Source of the DNA: a virus
Strand: one strand, 5' to 3'
DNA length: 64,000 nucleotides
IMG/VR virus record: IMGVR_UViG_3300033145_000192
Coordinates: 96,001-160,000 of that record
A program made the translations under genes and the position numbers. The notes beneath the pieces were generated by a model that saw only the letters and a list, made by a program, of their open reading frames with translations, was not told the DNA's origin and did not search any database. Shown piece after piece: positions 19,901 to 29,591 of this stretch. Within the stretch, counting starts at the first letter, position 1. Every line of letters begins with the position of its first letter.

Positions 19901-22527
19901 CCAACACCAGCCATCATTCCCTGTTGAATTACACTTCGCTGCTTCGCAAGGTTATTGTCTTCCTCTTGGATACGTAGGATGCGCTCTAGAACAACGAGTC
20001 TTTCTTGTTCTACTTCCGCCATTTTTCCTACGGTTTCAAATCCAAGCTGCTTCAACTTGGCATACTTAGATTCCATTGCTTTTCTGAGGGTTACCTGATA
20101 GGCTGCGTCAGCTTCGCCCTCGGCAATTTGCAAGCCTATACGCTCAATGTCCTTAAGGATTTTGGCTCTTCGTTTTGCAGCATCTACCGCAGCAGCCGCC
20201 CTTTCGGCGTCATTCTTTGCTTCCTTAGCAACCTGCTGTCTAGTAGTAAGTTCGGCCTTTAGCTCCTCTAGCCTTTGCTTCTGTTGCCCAGTTAGACGGT
20301 CACCGTCCTTTACCTGGGCATTCATCCACTTGAATAGCGCCTTTGCCTTAGCTACTCCTGGGTCCTTGTTTTCAATTGCAGTTAGTTTATCTAGCTGCTC
20401 TTGTGTAGCTTCGCCACTGGCCTCAATTACCCTCAATCTTTCGATTTCGGCAGTTGGCTTAATCATTCTTCTGGCTTGCTTGACGAGTTGTAGTGACTCT
20501 CCTATCTTCTTAAGGTCATTTGCCTTCTTTGTAGCTTCATCGAATTGTTCCTCATACTTACCAATGGCGAACCCAAAGCCTGCTCCAACGGCAGCACCAA
20601 CAATGGCTCCGATAGGTCCACCAAGCATAGCGCCCATACCAGCGCCTCTGGCGGCTTCTCCTAGGCCCTTACCTAGTCCCTTACCTGCGGACTTGGATAC
20701 AGTTTCTTCTAGAGGACCAGAGATAGCAGTAAGCGCCATACCAGCGACCATACTGCCCATACCTGGCATCATCCTGCCCATACCAGAGCCCATGCCACCA
20801 AAGCGGCTAGCAATGCCACGACCAGCGCCAGCAACTCCACGGCCTGCCATTCTGGCACCAAAGCCGCCAACCTGTCCTGCTCCTCTTAGGAAACCACCAG
20901 CCCTGCTGCCCATAACAGCACCACCGGCTCTTCGTCCAACGTCAGCTACTCTTCCTCCGACTGCACCAAAGCCACCAGCGATACGGCTACCAAATCCGCC
21001 AACGGCACTCATGCCACGACCGAGTGTGCTTCTCTGTCTCTGCATAGCTCCTAGGCCAGTAGCCATTGGGGCTTGTGCTCCAATTGCTGCGCCACCCATT
21101 GTTCTGGCAGATTGTGCTACCTTGTTGCTAAGGTTTTGAATACCTACGCCAAGCCTACTCTTGTTAATCTTGTCTGCTGTGGAACTAACACTGGCCCCAA
21201 AGGACTTAAGTGGCTGCTTGACATTCTTATTGAAATCACCCGCTCTACTCTTGTCAAAGTCCGCAGAACGAGCCAGTGCTCTCTTCGTGATATCAGCCTG
21301 TGCTCCAGTGCTGGCACGAGTTGTTAGCCTTTCTCCACTGCGCATAATGGCAGAGGTTGGGTCACCAGTTACGGTTTGGCCTCTGCGTCTCATGGCAGAA
21401 AGCTTGCTTGCAGCCCTCTGTGTTGGAGATACAGTGTGTCCAGCCTGTGACCTTAGTGCGACTCTCATAGGGTCGTTAGCTGGCATTGATGATAGTTGTC
21501 TCATACCAGGAGTTGTCATTGCTGGCATTGGCATTGGCATGCCTGGCATTGGTGCCATCATACCTGGTAGTGGTGTAAGTCCACCTCTTACCTTCTTCAA
21601 TGCCTCTGTGGATTGCCACTGCCTCATTCCTGCTAGAGCTGGATATTGCATTGGCATTGTTCTGTCTGCACCAGCGCCGATACTGCGAAGACCTCCTCTT
21701 ACTCCTTGAAGTGCGGAAACCTGTCCAGCAATTGGCGCACCCTGTCCGACTCTCGTTGGTCTTCCGGCAAACATGTTTCCACGAACATTCGGTCCACCGA
21801 ACCACGCCTTTGTTGCTTTGGATGCAGTAGATGCTGGGGCATTAGGATGCATAGGCTGTGAGTATGGCAACATACTCTGTCTTCTTTGTTGCCTCTGCAT
21901 GCCCAGGACTTCTCTATCCTGACGCCTATAGTTTAGGTTTCCAGGTGCGCTTCCTAGTGGACGACCAGCCATTTGCCTTGTTGGCGTTCCTGCTGGCTGT
22001 AGTCTACTACTTGCCTTACCCGTGAAGAATACTCTTGTTCCTAGTGACGCAGAGCTAGCTGGAGCCTTTGGGTCTAGGTGTGAAGGTAGACGTGGGCCCT
22101 GCATTGCCCCAGTTGTTGGGAATGTTCTAGTAGCTCTTGTTGTTCCGGACCTTAGCATTGCGGAGCTTACCGCTGGGGAAAGACCTCTTCCTCCCATATT
22201 TCTGGCAACTGCCGCTTCTCTTGCAAAGTCTCTTCCAGTTCCTAGGCCAGAGAGTTGGAGCTTCCTTTGTCCACCCCACGATGCACCCTCGATTTGTCCA
22301 CCACTTCTAGTAGGACCTATTCTGCGTCTACCACCTAGAGGAAGTGTTGGTAGAGGGAGTTGTCGTTGTCCAGCAGCGGCAAGGAAATCCTTTGAATAAC
22401 CAGAACTGCCAGGACTAAGTAGACGACCACCCACTCCGGGATGTTGGCCACCACCACCAAGCCATCCTCTTGTAAAGCCGGGACTAGGTAGCTGACCACC
22501 TTGGGCACTTGGAATTGGACCCAACAT
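16987..22527 (-). CDS. Tape measure protein, C-terminal portion (-1 frame relative to the N-terminal portion)
   Basis: 1846 aa of coiled coil and a Gly-rich hydrophobic segment. The frame stays open upstream of this ATG to about 22768 and has no strong RBS. Confidence 0.75.
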   Translation of the reverse strand: MLGPIPSAQGGQLPSPGFTRGWLGGGGQHPGVGGRLLSPGSSGYSKDFLAAAGQRQLPLPTLPLGGRRRIGPTRSGGQIEGASWGGQRKLQLSGLGTGRDFAREAAVARNMGGRGLSPAVSSAMLRSGTTRATRTFPTTGAMQGPRLPSHLDPKAPASSASLGTRVFFTGKASSRLQPAGTPTRQMAGRPLGSAPGNLNYRRQDREVLGMQRQQRRQSMLPYSQPMHPNAPASTASKATKAWFGGPNVRGNMFAGRPTRVGQGAPIAGQVSALQGVRGGLRSIGAGADRTMPMQYPALAGMRQWQSTEALKKVRGGLTPLPGMMAPMPGMPMPMPAMTTPGMRQLSSMPANDPMRVALRSQAGHTVSPTQRAASKLSAMRRRGQTVTGDPTSAIMRSGERLTTRASTGAQADITKRALARSADFDKSRAGDFNKNVKQPLKSFGASVSSTADKINKSRLGVGIQNLSNKVAQSARTMGGAAIGAQAPMATGLGAMQRQRSTLGRGMSAVGGFGSRIAGGFGAVGGRVADVGRRAGGAVMGSRAGGFLRGAGQVGGFGARMAGRGVAGAGRGIASRFGGMGSGMGRMMPGMGSMVAGMALTAISGPLEETVSKSAGKGLGKGLGEAARGAGMGAMLGGPIGAIVGAAVGAGFGFAIGKYEEQFDEATKKANDLKKIGESLQLVKQARRMIKPTAEIERLRVIEASGEATQEQLDKLTAIENKDPGVAKAKALFKWMNAQVKDGDRLTGQQKQRLEELKAELTTRQQVAKEAKNDAERAAAAVDAAKRRAKILKDIERIGLQIAEGEADAAYQVTLRKAMESKYAKLKQLGFETVGKMAEVEQERLVVLERILRIQEEDNNLAKQRSVIQQGMMAGVGGRSAIGATLKFDKGEFKRQIESLTIQKGLLDSTTAESSEEAKRLQASSKKTAKQIEDAKHNMLAAEMKAQMDMVEWSKDKTLDQIQAWEEAASNAAGAFENVIGAQERLASVFATIGSALVKKISDMSGKQLQLLETSGASVERRLTEIRRGAAQQLAAIQHGAGRQLGTVGPGVGGTAGLGQMIGALSKAIKVAGVKANQTVVDEETGLIRFKLANERQAAAELRSDVELRVRSTQREIEIRKVALQQQIGALQTRMQQENQLYAQRRNQQAEFGRLLLESPDKFKEAIKNMNLAKAFVSGIKGVGKEGLGQLGGRIKRVREQGGSQVLLRVLQGMQSQDRFGGPELVSGVGNKELLQLFSQLQIFSPEKIGKQREKEAARIAEIQKQIKEKQDRIIAIDEFDANIQQQLLKVASLDAQIAMQQRTDIIKALQGSRAQLTTDMDKLKTGIDALNRARLTTAAYGKILGPEGRVKGSEKVWEALKGFRHKQWDVRGQLQQDFRDSGYKRDPERDEKRKASYKKEMETVAGIQKMMKDIRNKTATKETIDYVQGIISSGTIGDLPAVDPKKEKLKGSTDKLAGSMDEATPKLKEFARVLGEITGMGKRPSGIGALTAPGGMGGGQFKQGMGGVLSRLQKTVRPTIGGGGVRLIDPRIKELERKISDSGGTREQRNLLRRLKRQSLKVHGGGKRGQGRAIYKHLMAQEGGKEAVESSFRGLLQQRGGRDTSFVKDLKGVRGEGKRGRRHINVERTRQLLGSQGFGDVARGIKTKGQAADAVDKFLKLSEQLSNNTTKVSEDAARNMQRILTEGFAESIGRLNEGISRGQDTNKQIIEKIDSITKNFDLFTPEAMERLNTTIREAWKEANDITFKDISNWGTVFGEKINAELEGSKIFIDVPKMKHDIEISVGNAISGDEFARQLTEQLAKHFDDKATVEMIRQQIMKIAAPLIKAGMISPGDFPNTGGNGGG

Positions 22528-22610
22528 GCCACCGGCAGGACCACGGGTTCCGCCTGCTCCTGGGAGTCGTGCAGTTCCAGCAGTAAATCTTCTGAAGTCA
22601 CGACCGGCAA

Positions 22611-24368
22611 TTAGTGACCCGCCGCCACCACCGATGAAAGGTCCAGCGCCAAATCCTGCTCTACCGGCTCCAGCAGCGCCACCGCCGCCTCCACCTCTTC
22701 CACCGCCTCCACCGCGATAATGCCGCCTCTTACCATACCGGCTGGTCCACCAGCGGCAGATATTCTTCTAGAGCCAGATTCGATTACTCTTTGCTGCCCA
22801 ATGATGTCATTGAGGGCTGCGGAAACTTCCTTGACTGACCTTACTGAATCTCTCAAGCCTGCTACGAAATTCCATACGGCCCTTACAATCGTAACGCCGA
22901 TTGTTATTCCAATCGCAGTAAGTATTGTCGAGTTACTAGCAATGAGACCTATCGTAGACTTGAATCCATCTACCATGGCTGTAGCGCCAGAAATCACCAT
23001 CTTCAAGAAGGTTCGCGTTTCTTCAGAGTTTACTAGAGAAACGAACGCTGCCTTAAGTCTGTTGATAGAACCCTGAAGACTGTTAGCCAAGTCCTCATTC
23101 TTACGCATTACGGCAATCGTGCTTTCGACTGCGAACTTGACTCTCTCCTCTTCATCACCAAACTTCTCAACGGACTCTCTTAGTTTGTCGATGTTTAGGG
23201 CGTAGGCAAGTGTCTGTTCGATGTTTCTACCACCAAAAGCTCGCGCCAACTGCTCGGAGATAGCGGTTCCAGCAGTATCACGGATTCTCTCTAGGATATC
23301 TAGGATGACTGTTAGTCCCTTGATTTGGCCGCTAGATGGGTCAATGACCTCAATGCCACTGATTTCCTTAATCATCTTCTGGTTCTTTGCGGCGAATGTA
23401 ACCATTCTCCTAAGACCAGTTGATAGGCGGCTTACGCTAGCACCAGTTACGTTGAAGCCTGTGGCGATGAATGCCATAGTCTGGTCTAGGTTAATGTTTT
23501 GAACATTCCTGAAAGCCGAACCGACTCTACGCGTTGCCTCCATCAATTCCTTGGCGTTAGCAATGGTCCTACTGGACGTGGCAGCTAGCTGGCTAGAAAT
23601 CTTGGTGAAGATGCCCATTTCCGTAGAGGCATCCTTGGCCACACCGATGTATTGGAGCTTAATGGCTGTAAGGCTACGAACGGCATCGGTAGCACTCAAT
23701 AGTCCATCCTCAAGACGAACTAGAGTCGTTACGGCATTTAGGAACTCGCTACTTGCGGTAGCCGTAGAGGAGCCCAGCTTTGTTGTCACTCCAATTAGTT
23801 GTTGACCAACACGAGCGGTCGTTAGAACGGCGTCAGTAACATCATCTAGGGAAAGACCAAGTTTCCTAGAAGTATTGATGATTAGGTTGATACCTGCCGA
23901 AGTCTTCTTTGCTTCAGACCCTAGCTTTGCGAATGCCTTTGCCGTTGTTCCCAGTCCTGCCATTGCATCAGAAAGTCCCGCAACATCACGCGTAAGACCT
24001 TTGGTTGCTTTACTTGTTTCAATGAATACGCGGCCTCCACCAGCGAAGAAAGATAGCCTGCGAGCCTGAGTATCAAGCTTGATGATTTGCTGAACAGCAG
24101 ACTTTAGCGCACCAATAGTAGCGAAGATGGCGGCGGCTGGAGCAGTCCAAGCCATTAGCCTCTTGGCAGCAAACTGGACCTGTCTACCAAACTGGAACGC
24201 ATTAGACGTTCCTTGCTTGATAGCCTTGTTCAAGTTTACCTGGTTTTTGGTTACTCTATCAATCAGTCTAGAGCTTTGGCCCATGAATATCCTGTTGATA
24301 TCCATTTGGGCTCTTTTAATTGATGATGGAGTGATGCCAACACTAAATTGAATGTCATCTCTGGGCAT
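22611..24368 (-). CDS. Tape measure protein, N-terminal portion
   Basis: AGGAG RBS. Ala/Thr/Ser-rich helical repeats and a TP901-type core (LMEATRRVGSAF...ATGFNVTGASVSRLSTGLRRM) downstream of the tail tube and chaperone genes. Confidence 0.8.
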   Translation of the reverse strand: MPRDDIQFSVGITPSSIKRAQMDINRIFMGQSSRLIDRVTKNQVNLNKAIKQGTSNAFQFGRQVQFAAKRLMAWTAPAAAIFATIGALKSAVQQIIKLDTQARRLSFFAGGGRVFIETSKATKGLTRDVAGLSDAMAGLGTTAKAFAKLGSEAKKTSAGINLIINTSRKLGLSLDDVTDAVLTTARVGQQLIGVTTKLGSSTATASSEFLNAVTTLVRLEDGLLSATDAVRSLTAIKLQYIGVAKDASTEMGIFTKISSQLAATSSRTIANAKELMEATRRVGSAFRNVQNINLDQTMAFIATGFNVTGASVSRLSTGLRRMVTFAAKNQKMIKEISGIEVIDPSSGQIKGLTVILDILERIRDTAGTAISEQLARAFGGRNIEQTLAYALNIDKLRESVEKFGDEEERVKFAVESTIAVMRKNEDLANSLQGSINRLKAAFVSLVNSEETRTFLKMVISGATAMVDGFKSTIGLIASNSTILTAIGITIGVTIVRAVWNFVAGLRDSVRSVKEVSAALNDIIGQQRVIESGSRRISAAGGPAGMVRGGIIAVEAVEEVEAAVALLEPVEQDLALDLSSVVAAGH

Positions 24369-24382
24369 TTAATTCTCCTACG

Positions 24383-24428
24383 AAAAAAGACCATGTGCGC
24401 AGTTAATTATCTGAGCAACATGGCCTTT
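24383..24428 (-). terminator. Intrinsic terminator-like hairpin upstream of the tape measure gene
   Basis: AAAGGCCATGT...ACATGGTCTTT stem followed by TTT. Confidence 0.5.
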
Positions 24429-24450
24429 AGTTTAGTCCGTTTGAGAGGAT

Positions 24451-25230
24451 TTAGTCTTTGGATGCAGCCTTCTTTTTTCTCTTCTTAGCCTTTTTAGGCT
24501 TTGCTTCTGGTTCCGGTTCATCAGCTTCGGCCTCTACTTCTGCCTCTGCTTCTGCTTCTTTTGCTGCTTCTTCTGCTTCTATCTTTACTCGTTCTTCCTC
24601 GGCCACTCGTTCTGAATAGGCTGTTAGCCACCTGTTCTCAGAATAGATTTGGCTAAGGTCGCTTGGAAGCTCTTCACCCATGGTGACCTCTAGGGATGCG
24701 ATTACCGTCTCCATATAGGAGTCCCTAGCTGCCTGCTCCTCGGCACGACTTTTGAAATCCTCTACACTCTTATATACACGAGAACCAGTTGTCTTGTGAT
24801 AGATACATTGGGTAACCAGGAATTGGTTACGCTCTTCTCCACCAACAGATTCACATGTGTTCTCGGCAATAGAGACAATGGGGTCGTTATGATTCTGGAG
24901 TTCGGTTCTAAGCACAACAAGCTCTTCACAGATAGCCTTTGCTGCTTCATCCCCAAGCTCTTCTTCTCCATCCTTCAGTTTGGCTTCTAGATTTCCAATC
25001 TGGAGTTGGAGCACTGCTGCCTCACGCTCCTTATCGTCATCCCAAATGCCACGCTCACGTAGAATCTTTTCTACCTCAACGCTGGTCAGGATGCCATCCC
25101 TAAAGCATTTCGAGAATGTCTTTTTGAAAATCAACTCTGCCGCGTTAAGCGAACCTTGACTTGGTGGACGGAATTCCAAAACCAAATCGTTTCCATTCTC
25201 ATCCTTCGTGGTGAAAACCCTAATCCTCAT
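24451..25230 (-). CDS. Putative tail assembly chaperone
   Basis: 259 aa, acidic and helical, immediately upstream of the tape measure gene. Function inferred from synteny only. Confidence 0.45.
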   Translation of the reverse strand: MRIRVFTTKDENGNDLVLEFRPPSQGSLNAAELIFKKTFSKCFRDGILTSVEVEKILRERGIWDDDKEREAAVLQLQIGNLEAKLKDGEEELGDEAAKAICEELVVLRTELQNHNDPIVSIAENTCESVGGEERNQFLVTQCIYHKTTGSRVYKSVEDFKSRAEEQAARDSYMETVIASLEVTMGEELPSDLSQIYSENRWLTAYSERVAEEERVKIEAEEAAKEAEAEAEVEAEADEPEPEAKPKKAKKRKKKAASKD

Positions 25231-25241
25231 CCTATCCTCCG

Positions 25242-25541
25242 TTATTCTGGTGGCGGGATAATCTTGAAATCAATGTGATAGTTCAAGAACTCAATGTTGT
25301 ATTGATTATCCAACTCAGATTCCATGTTCCGAATTTGGTCGTTACCAATATTCAATATCTTAGACCTCAGCTTCCTGAAGGTCTCCTCTTCCAGTGCTCC
25401 GTCTGCCCTCTCTTTATCAAGGGCATCTAGAACTCCTACATAAATACGTTTCATCTTGTGACGGACGCTAGCCTTCAACTTCTTCTTGGACTTGTCAGAC
25501 CAATTGTCTGTTTTTTTCTCGATGTGTTTACCAAGCCTCAT
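25242..25541 (-). CDS. Hypothetical protein
   Basis: 99 aa, start coupled to the upstream stop (TGATG overlap). Confidence 0.65.
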   Translation of the reverse strand: MRLGKHIEKKTDNWSDKSKKKLKASVRHKMKRIYVGVLDALDKERADGALEEETFRKLRSKILNIGNDQIRNMESELDNQYNIEFLNYHIDFKIIPPPE

Positions 25542-26740
25542 CAGATTGTCCCTCCTGGGAACTGCTTGAAGGCGTTCCGACCACCTTGTCGCCCGCCTCG
25601 TCGTTGTCCACCACGGCTCTTCTTATCCAAAACAGCATCGGTAGAACCGATTATTCTTCGCGCACCACGATTGTTTCGTGAACGCAAGTCCTTTTCGTTC
25701 AATACCTTCTTATCTCGGATATGACCAAGCTCCTTCATTTTGAACTTACGAGTATTAGGTGAGTTTAACTCATCAACAACGGCTGTGTCTGGTGCGTTAG
25801 GGTTGATGTCCGGGTTGGTTACGATGAACACTTCACCGTGTCGTGCTACCTCTTGCGATACCTTAACGCCACGTCCGACATCTTCTCTAGTTCCAGAAGT
25901 CCTAGACTTTCTCTTCTTGCGTTGCTTATCTTGCACCTCGAACCAAGCATCCAATTTAGCATCATTTTCAATCACCTCCTCTGGTGGAGGCTCTGGAGAT
26001 TCGTATACAGAGTCATATACCTGACTCCAGTATAGTAGATTTTGTTGGTCATTGTCCAACTCAATAATCGGTTTTCCAAACAAACTATCTATGTTGCTCT
26101 TTGCACCATTCCACCTAAAGCGCCAGTGGGAACTTCTAGCAACCTCTCTTGTTTCACTAATAGGAACAGTGGTATCTTCGGCTAACGCAATTATCAACCC
26201 ACCAATTAGAGTTATATCGGTTTCGTTTAGGAAATCGTCCCACGTTTCCCATAACCTCTTGTCGTTCTCATCATACGATAAGCAGTAGGCTAGTGCAAGA
26301 CTTCTGACTTCTTCTGCATATACTTCTGCCGAAGCGGCAAACATCGACCGCTTCTTTTGTTCTAGTTCTTTTAGTGCGCGGCCTTGGGCTTCAATAACCT
26401 TGGCAGTTCTCTTGAAAACTCTTGAATTCTTCTTCGCACCTGTGATTTCTTCCCCAAGCTCCTTGATGCGCTTTTTGGACCGCTTAATGGCATCGTCCTC
26501 ATGTGGACCCCATAGCTCTCGCTCATTTAGAATTCGCTTAAGCTCAAAGCGACCCAAAACACCAGTAGACATAGCTTCCTTGAGCGCCTTATCATAAATG
26601 AAAGACACAAAGCCTTTTTGTCTACTATTTGGGGATTTGAGTATGACAATCTTTTTCTTGCCATATTCATTTTCGATGTAATTATACCTGGAGCCCCACG
26701 TAATCCTAGCAATCCTATCCTCAATCTCCTCTGGAGACAC
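25541..26740 (-). CDS. Hypothetical protein, possible tail assembly chaperone
   Basis: 399 aa between the tail tube and tape measure genes. LYWSQVYDSVYESPE.P...D..LDAW resembles chaperone-type ORFs. Confidence 0.5.
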   Translation of the reverse strand: MSPEEIEDRIARITWGSRYNYIENEYGKKKIVILKSPNSRQKGFVSFIYDKALKEAMSTGVLGRFELKRILNERELWGPHEDDAIKRSKKRIKELGEEITGAKKNSRVFKRTAKVIEAQGRALKELEQKKRSMFAASAEVYAEEVRSLALAYCLSYDENDKRLWETWDDFLNETDITLIGGLIIALAEDTTVPISETREVARSSHWRFRWNGAKSNIDSLFGKPIIELDNDQQNLLYWSQVYDSVYESPEPPPEEVIENDAKLDAWFEVQDKQRKKRKSRTSGTREDVGRGVKVSQEVARHGEVFIVTNPDINPNAPDTAVVDELNSPNTRKFKMKELGHIRDKKVLNEKDLRSRNNRGARRIIGSTDAVLDKKSRGGQRRGGRQGGRNAFKQFPGGTI

Positions 26741-26758
26741 ACCACCCCCTTATAGGGT

Positions 26759-26781
26759 AAAGGGGCGAGCAAGCCCGCCCC
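26759..26781 (-). terminator. Terminator-like hairpin after the tail tube gene
   Basis: GGGGCGGG-CTTG-CTCGCCCC followed by TTT. Confidence 0.5.
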
Positions 26782-26802
26782 AGACCTTTCCTTAACCAGA
26801 CC

Positions 26803-27960
26803 TTATAGGAACACCTCGTGCGAGATTGTCAAATCGTTGAAGGTGCTGTAGTTGTAAGTCACGCTCATGTTGTCGCCACCAGCTTCTCCACCCGTTAGGT
26901 CGATAGACTGCAAACGACTCTTGTTTCCAAGGTTAATCCTCAAACCCTCGCAGAGCTTGATGATGATTTCCTGGTCAGCAGTGTTCTCGGCTACAACGCA
27001 GTTCACTGCCTCGTAGGAGATAGCATCGACCAAGTCACCCTGGGAAGTAATTGCCTCAATGGCGCACGTTACCTCAACTGGATAGGAAACATACTTGAAG
27101 AACGGACGCTTGGAGCCAAGCTCAAAGATGTCCTCACGTCCAAGGTCACAGGAAATTGTGATGCCCTGAATGTGCTCGCTGATGTTTGTCAATGTTCCGG
27201 ACGCACTGACGCCAGGAATATCGGTTGGTAGGCGAGATACAACTAGGTCGAAGCCTTCGCGTCTTTCGACACCAGAACCGATTGTCGTAGCGGACTCACC
27301 ACCACTCGTTGTGAATGGAGTAATTCCACCAGGATTAGGAGCCAAGATACCACTTGGGTAACCTAGCTGCGTCTGCGTGCTTCCACCATCTCCAACACCG
27401 CTACCTCTTAGTAGGTTAGTTGGAAGTGGGTCTCCACCCTCAAAGTTGGACCAAATCTTGTCATTACCAACTAGGGTGACAGACTCGGTGAAGTTTCCGT
27501 CAACTGGGAACGAGTAGTTGATGGAGCTTAGATACATACCGGAACCGTATGCCATAGATAGTGGCGTTCCAATTGCGCTCGTCTGAGTATCCGCATAGAT
27601 AGGAACGGCAATGTCTGCTCTATAGCTGGCAGTTCTCCCGATAAGAGTCGAAGTTCCACGAGGACCAGTAGTCATGAACCATAGAGGCTTAGTTCCATCA
27701 AGAACCTTCTCAATGGTGAACTCAATCTCTGGCTCAAGCTCTACATACTCGTATAGCTGGATTTGACCAAGCTGGAATACTTGTTCGAAGTTGAATGTCG
27801 TTGTCATTCCAACGGACTGAACGCCGCGTGGGATATCCCAGCGGCCAGAAGGAGCAACGTCAACTCCTGCGATAAGTGGAACTACTTCGTTTGTGGGTGT
27901 AGTCCCATTTTCCTTAATTGCTACACTGTGAATAGCGTAGAATACTCTATTGTTAGGCAT
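26803..27960 (-). CDS. Major tail (tube) protein
   Basis: 385 aa, beta-rich, with its own promoter motif upstream and a terminator downstream. Lies between neck genes and chaperones; repeated EDIFELG/EQVFQLG pattern. Confidence 0.6.
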   Translation of the reverse strand: MPNNRVFYAIHSVAIKENGTTPTNEVVPLIAGVDVAPSGRWDIPRGVQSVGMTTTFNFEQVFQLGQIQLYEYVELEPEIEFTIEKVLDGTKPLWFMTTGPRGTSTLIGRTASYRADIAVPIYADTQTSAIGTPLSMAYGSGMYLSSINYSFPVDGNFTESVTLVGNDKIWSNFEGGDPLPTNLLRGSGVGDGGSTQTQLGYPSGILAPNPGGITPFTTSGGESATTIGSGVERREGFDLVVSRLPTDIPGVSASGTLTNISEHIQGITISCDLGREDIFELGSKRPFFKYVSYPVEVTCAIEAITSQGDLVDAISYEAVNCVVAENTADQEIIIKLCEGLRINLGNKSRLQSIDLTGGEAGGDNMSVTYNYSTFNDLTISHEVFL

Positions 27961-28013
27961 TTTCTACTCCCTCCGAATTAGGACTGCTGATGTCTAAAAC
28001 CACTGGCTACTTG

Positions 28014-28023
28014 ATTATACACC
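28014..28023 (-). promoter_or_regulatory. Candidate late promoter motif GGTGTATAAT
   Basis: One of 7 intergenic RGTGTATRW copies; upstream of the tail tube gene. Confidence 0.6.
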
Positions 28024-28029
28024 AAACAC

Positions 28030-28950
28030 CTAAAAGTTCGGATATACTCTAGCATTAAAATTGACTCTGGTGCGCTCTATCTCAAACAAAGGCATATCCT
28101 TCGTCGGACCAGTTTGGTCTAGATAGATTCGTCTCCAAAAATATTGGCCATTCACATCAGCCAAGGTTGAGTAAGTTGTGAAATTTGGATTGCGTTCCCC
28201 TCTACTTAAGAGTGGATATTGAGCCGTATTGAAGTCGATTCCAACGAGCACTTGTCTTTGTTCATCCGCAAGGATATCCTCAATCATATCCCTTTGGAAA
28301 TCATCGTGTGCCCATACATGGAATACACCAAAATAATCGGCAACTAGTGACCTCCAACCGAGTTCGTATCCAAACGACGTTCTGGTCAATATATCAATGA
28401 ATACGGCAGGAAGCGTCCTTGTATCTGATGTAGGATAACTCTCTACACCAGTTTGGGCCGGGTTATCTTTCATCGAAGTCTCTATTTGCAATGGCATGTT
28501 TTCATTATTGAATGCATTGGCGAAATCAACAGTGACTTCTTTGAATGAGTAGTTTGCTTGAACAACTGGGCTGCCCGTTAGTGGACTATCGAAAATCACT
28601 CTTCCATTTGGAAAATCAATTATGTGCGCGTATGTCCCAGTTGTCTGTGTCGTCTGATAAAACGTCCCGTCTACTATAACACCAGAAGAGACAACCGGAG
28701 GCGAGATAATTCCGGATTCGATAGGAATGATACCGCTCTCATAGACCCAGCCTTTGTATGGACTTTGGAACACAGTTCCGTCAACAGGAAATGTGGGGTC
28801 TTGGGATGGCATCAAACGACTTATGTCATTTCCATACACATCCGTAGTTCCAGATGCAATAGTGGTGAAGAGTCCATGTCTGAGGAATAGGTCATTTAGC
28901 CACAACTCAAGGTTTGACTTTAGCAATGCTTTCTTGCCCATTGTAGCCAT
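28030..28950 (-). CDS. Neck/tail terminator-like structural protein
   Basis: 306 aa, located just upstream of the tail tube gene. Confidence 0.5.
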   Translation of the reverse strand: MATMGKKALLKSNLELWLNDLFLRHGLFTTIASGTTDVYGNDISRLMPSQDPTFPVDGTVFQSPYKGWVYESGIIPIESGIISPPVVSSGVIVDGTFYQTTQTTGTYAHIIDFPNGRVIFDSPLTGSPVVQANYSFKEVTVDFANAFNNENMPLQIETSMKDNPAQTGVESYPTSDTRTLPAVFIDILTRTSFGYELGWRSLVADYFGVFHVWAHDDFQRDMIEDILADEQRQVLVGIDFNTAQYPLLSRGERNPNFTTYSTLADVNGQYFWRRIYLDQTGPTKDMPLFEIERTRVNFNARVYPNF

Positions 28951-29591
28951 TATGCACCCCTCCTAGGTATAATCTTGGCACCGCGAGACTTAATTGCTCT
29001 AACGGCGTCAGCACGAACCTCGTCCATTGTGTCTAGTAGCCTCATCACCTTCGGTAGAAATACCCATAGACCGCCTCGAATCATTATGCCAGCACCAGTT
29101 CTCGACGTTTTTGGAATCGGCTGATGTGCGCTGAACCTTGCACCAACAACAGTCTGACCATCAATGAACCACTCCATCCATGGGATATTGGTGAAGATTG
29201 TATTTGATACTTCGATATTGCATTCTGGTGCATCAAACCATCTATCAGTATTTAGCTTTATCGAAACAGTTCCATTTCCTCCTATACCAGCAACAACTTT
29301 TATCGTCATGACTGTTGTAGGATGTTTTGGAGATAGCAATTTCCATGCAGCTTGGGTCTTGTCACGCCTAATCGCGCCCCCCATTCCGATACCCAACTGT
29401 GCAGCCTCATCGTCTGTTGGAATGAATCTCTCCTTATTTCTGGTTATAGTTCGGTCAACAGAATCTTCTACATATGGCTGTAGGTTTGCGAAGTTGTTCT
29501 TGAATTTTCTACGAACGAGTTGCCCAAAAAGACTCTTGGCCTTTTCTACTGTTCCTCGCACGATTTTGAATTCAATAAGTCTTTCAGCCAC
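28950..29591 (-). CDS. Neck/head-tail joining protein
   Basis: Likely GTG start at 29591 overlapping the upstream TAG (track start 29708). Ends in a TAATG overlap. Confidence 0.5.
   Translation of the reverse strand: MAERLIEFKIVRGTVEKAKSLFGQLVRRKFKNNFANLQPYVEDSVDRTITRNKERFIPTDDEAAQLGIGMGGAIRRDKTQAAWKLLSPKHPTTVMTIKVVAGIGGNGTVSIKLNTDRWFDAPECNIEVSNTIFTNIPWMEWFIDGQTVVGARFSAHQPIPKTSRTGAGIMIRGGLWVFLPKVMRLLDTMDEVRADAVRAIKSRGAKIIPRRGA

Noticed and set aside
24472-24478. A-AAA-AAG slippery heptamer at the end of the gene before the tape measure (possible gpG/gpGT frameshift)
   Set aside because: The -1 frame stops after 21 codons, well before any downstream ORF, and the heptamer is explained by a Lys-rich tail.
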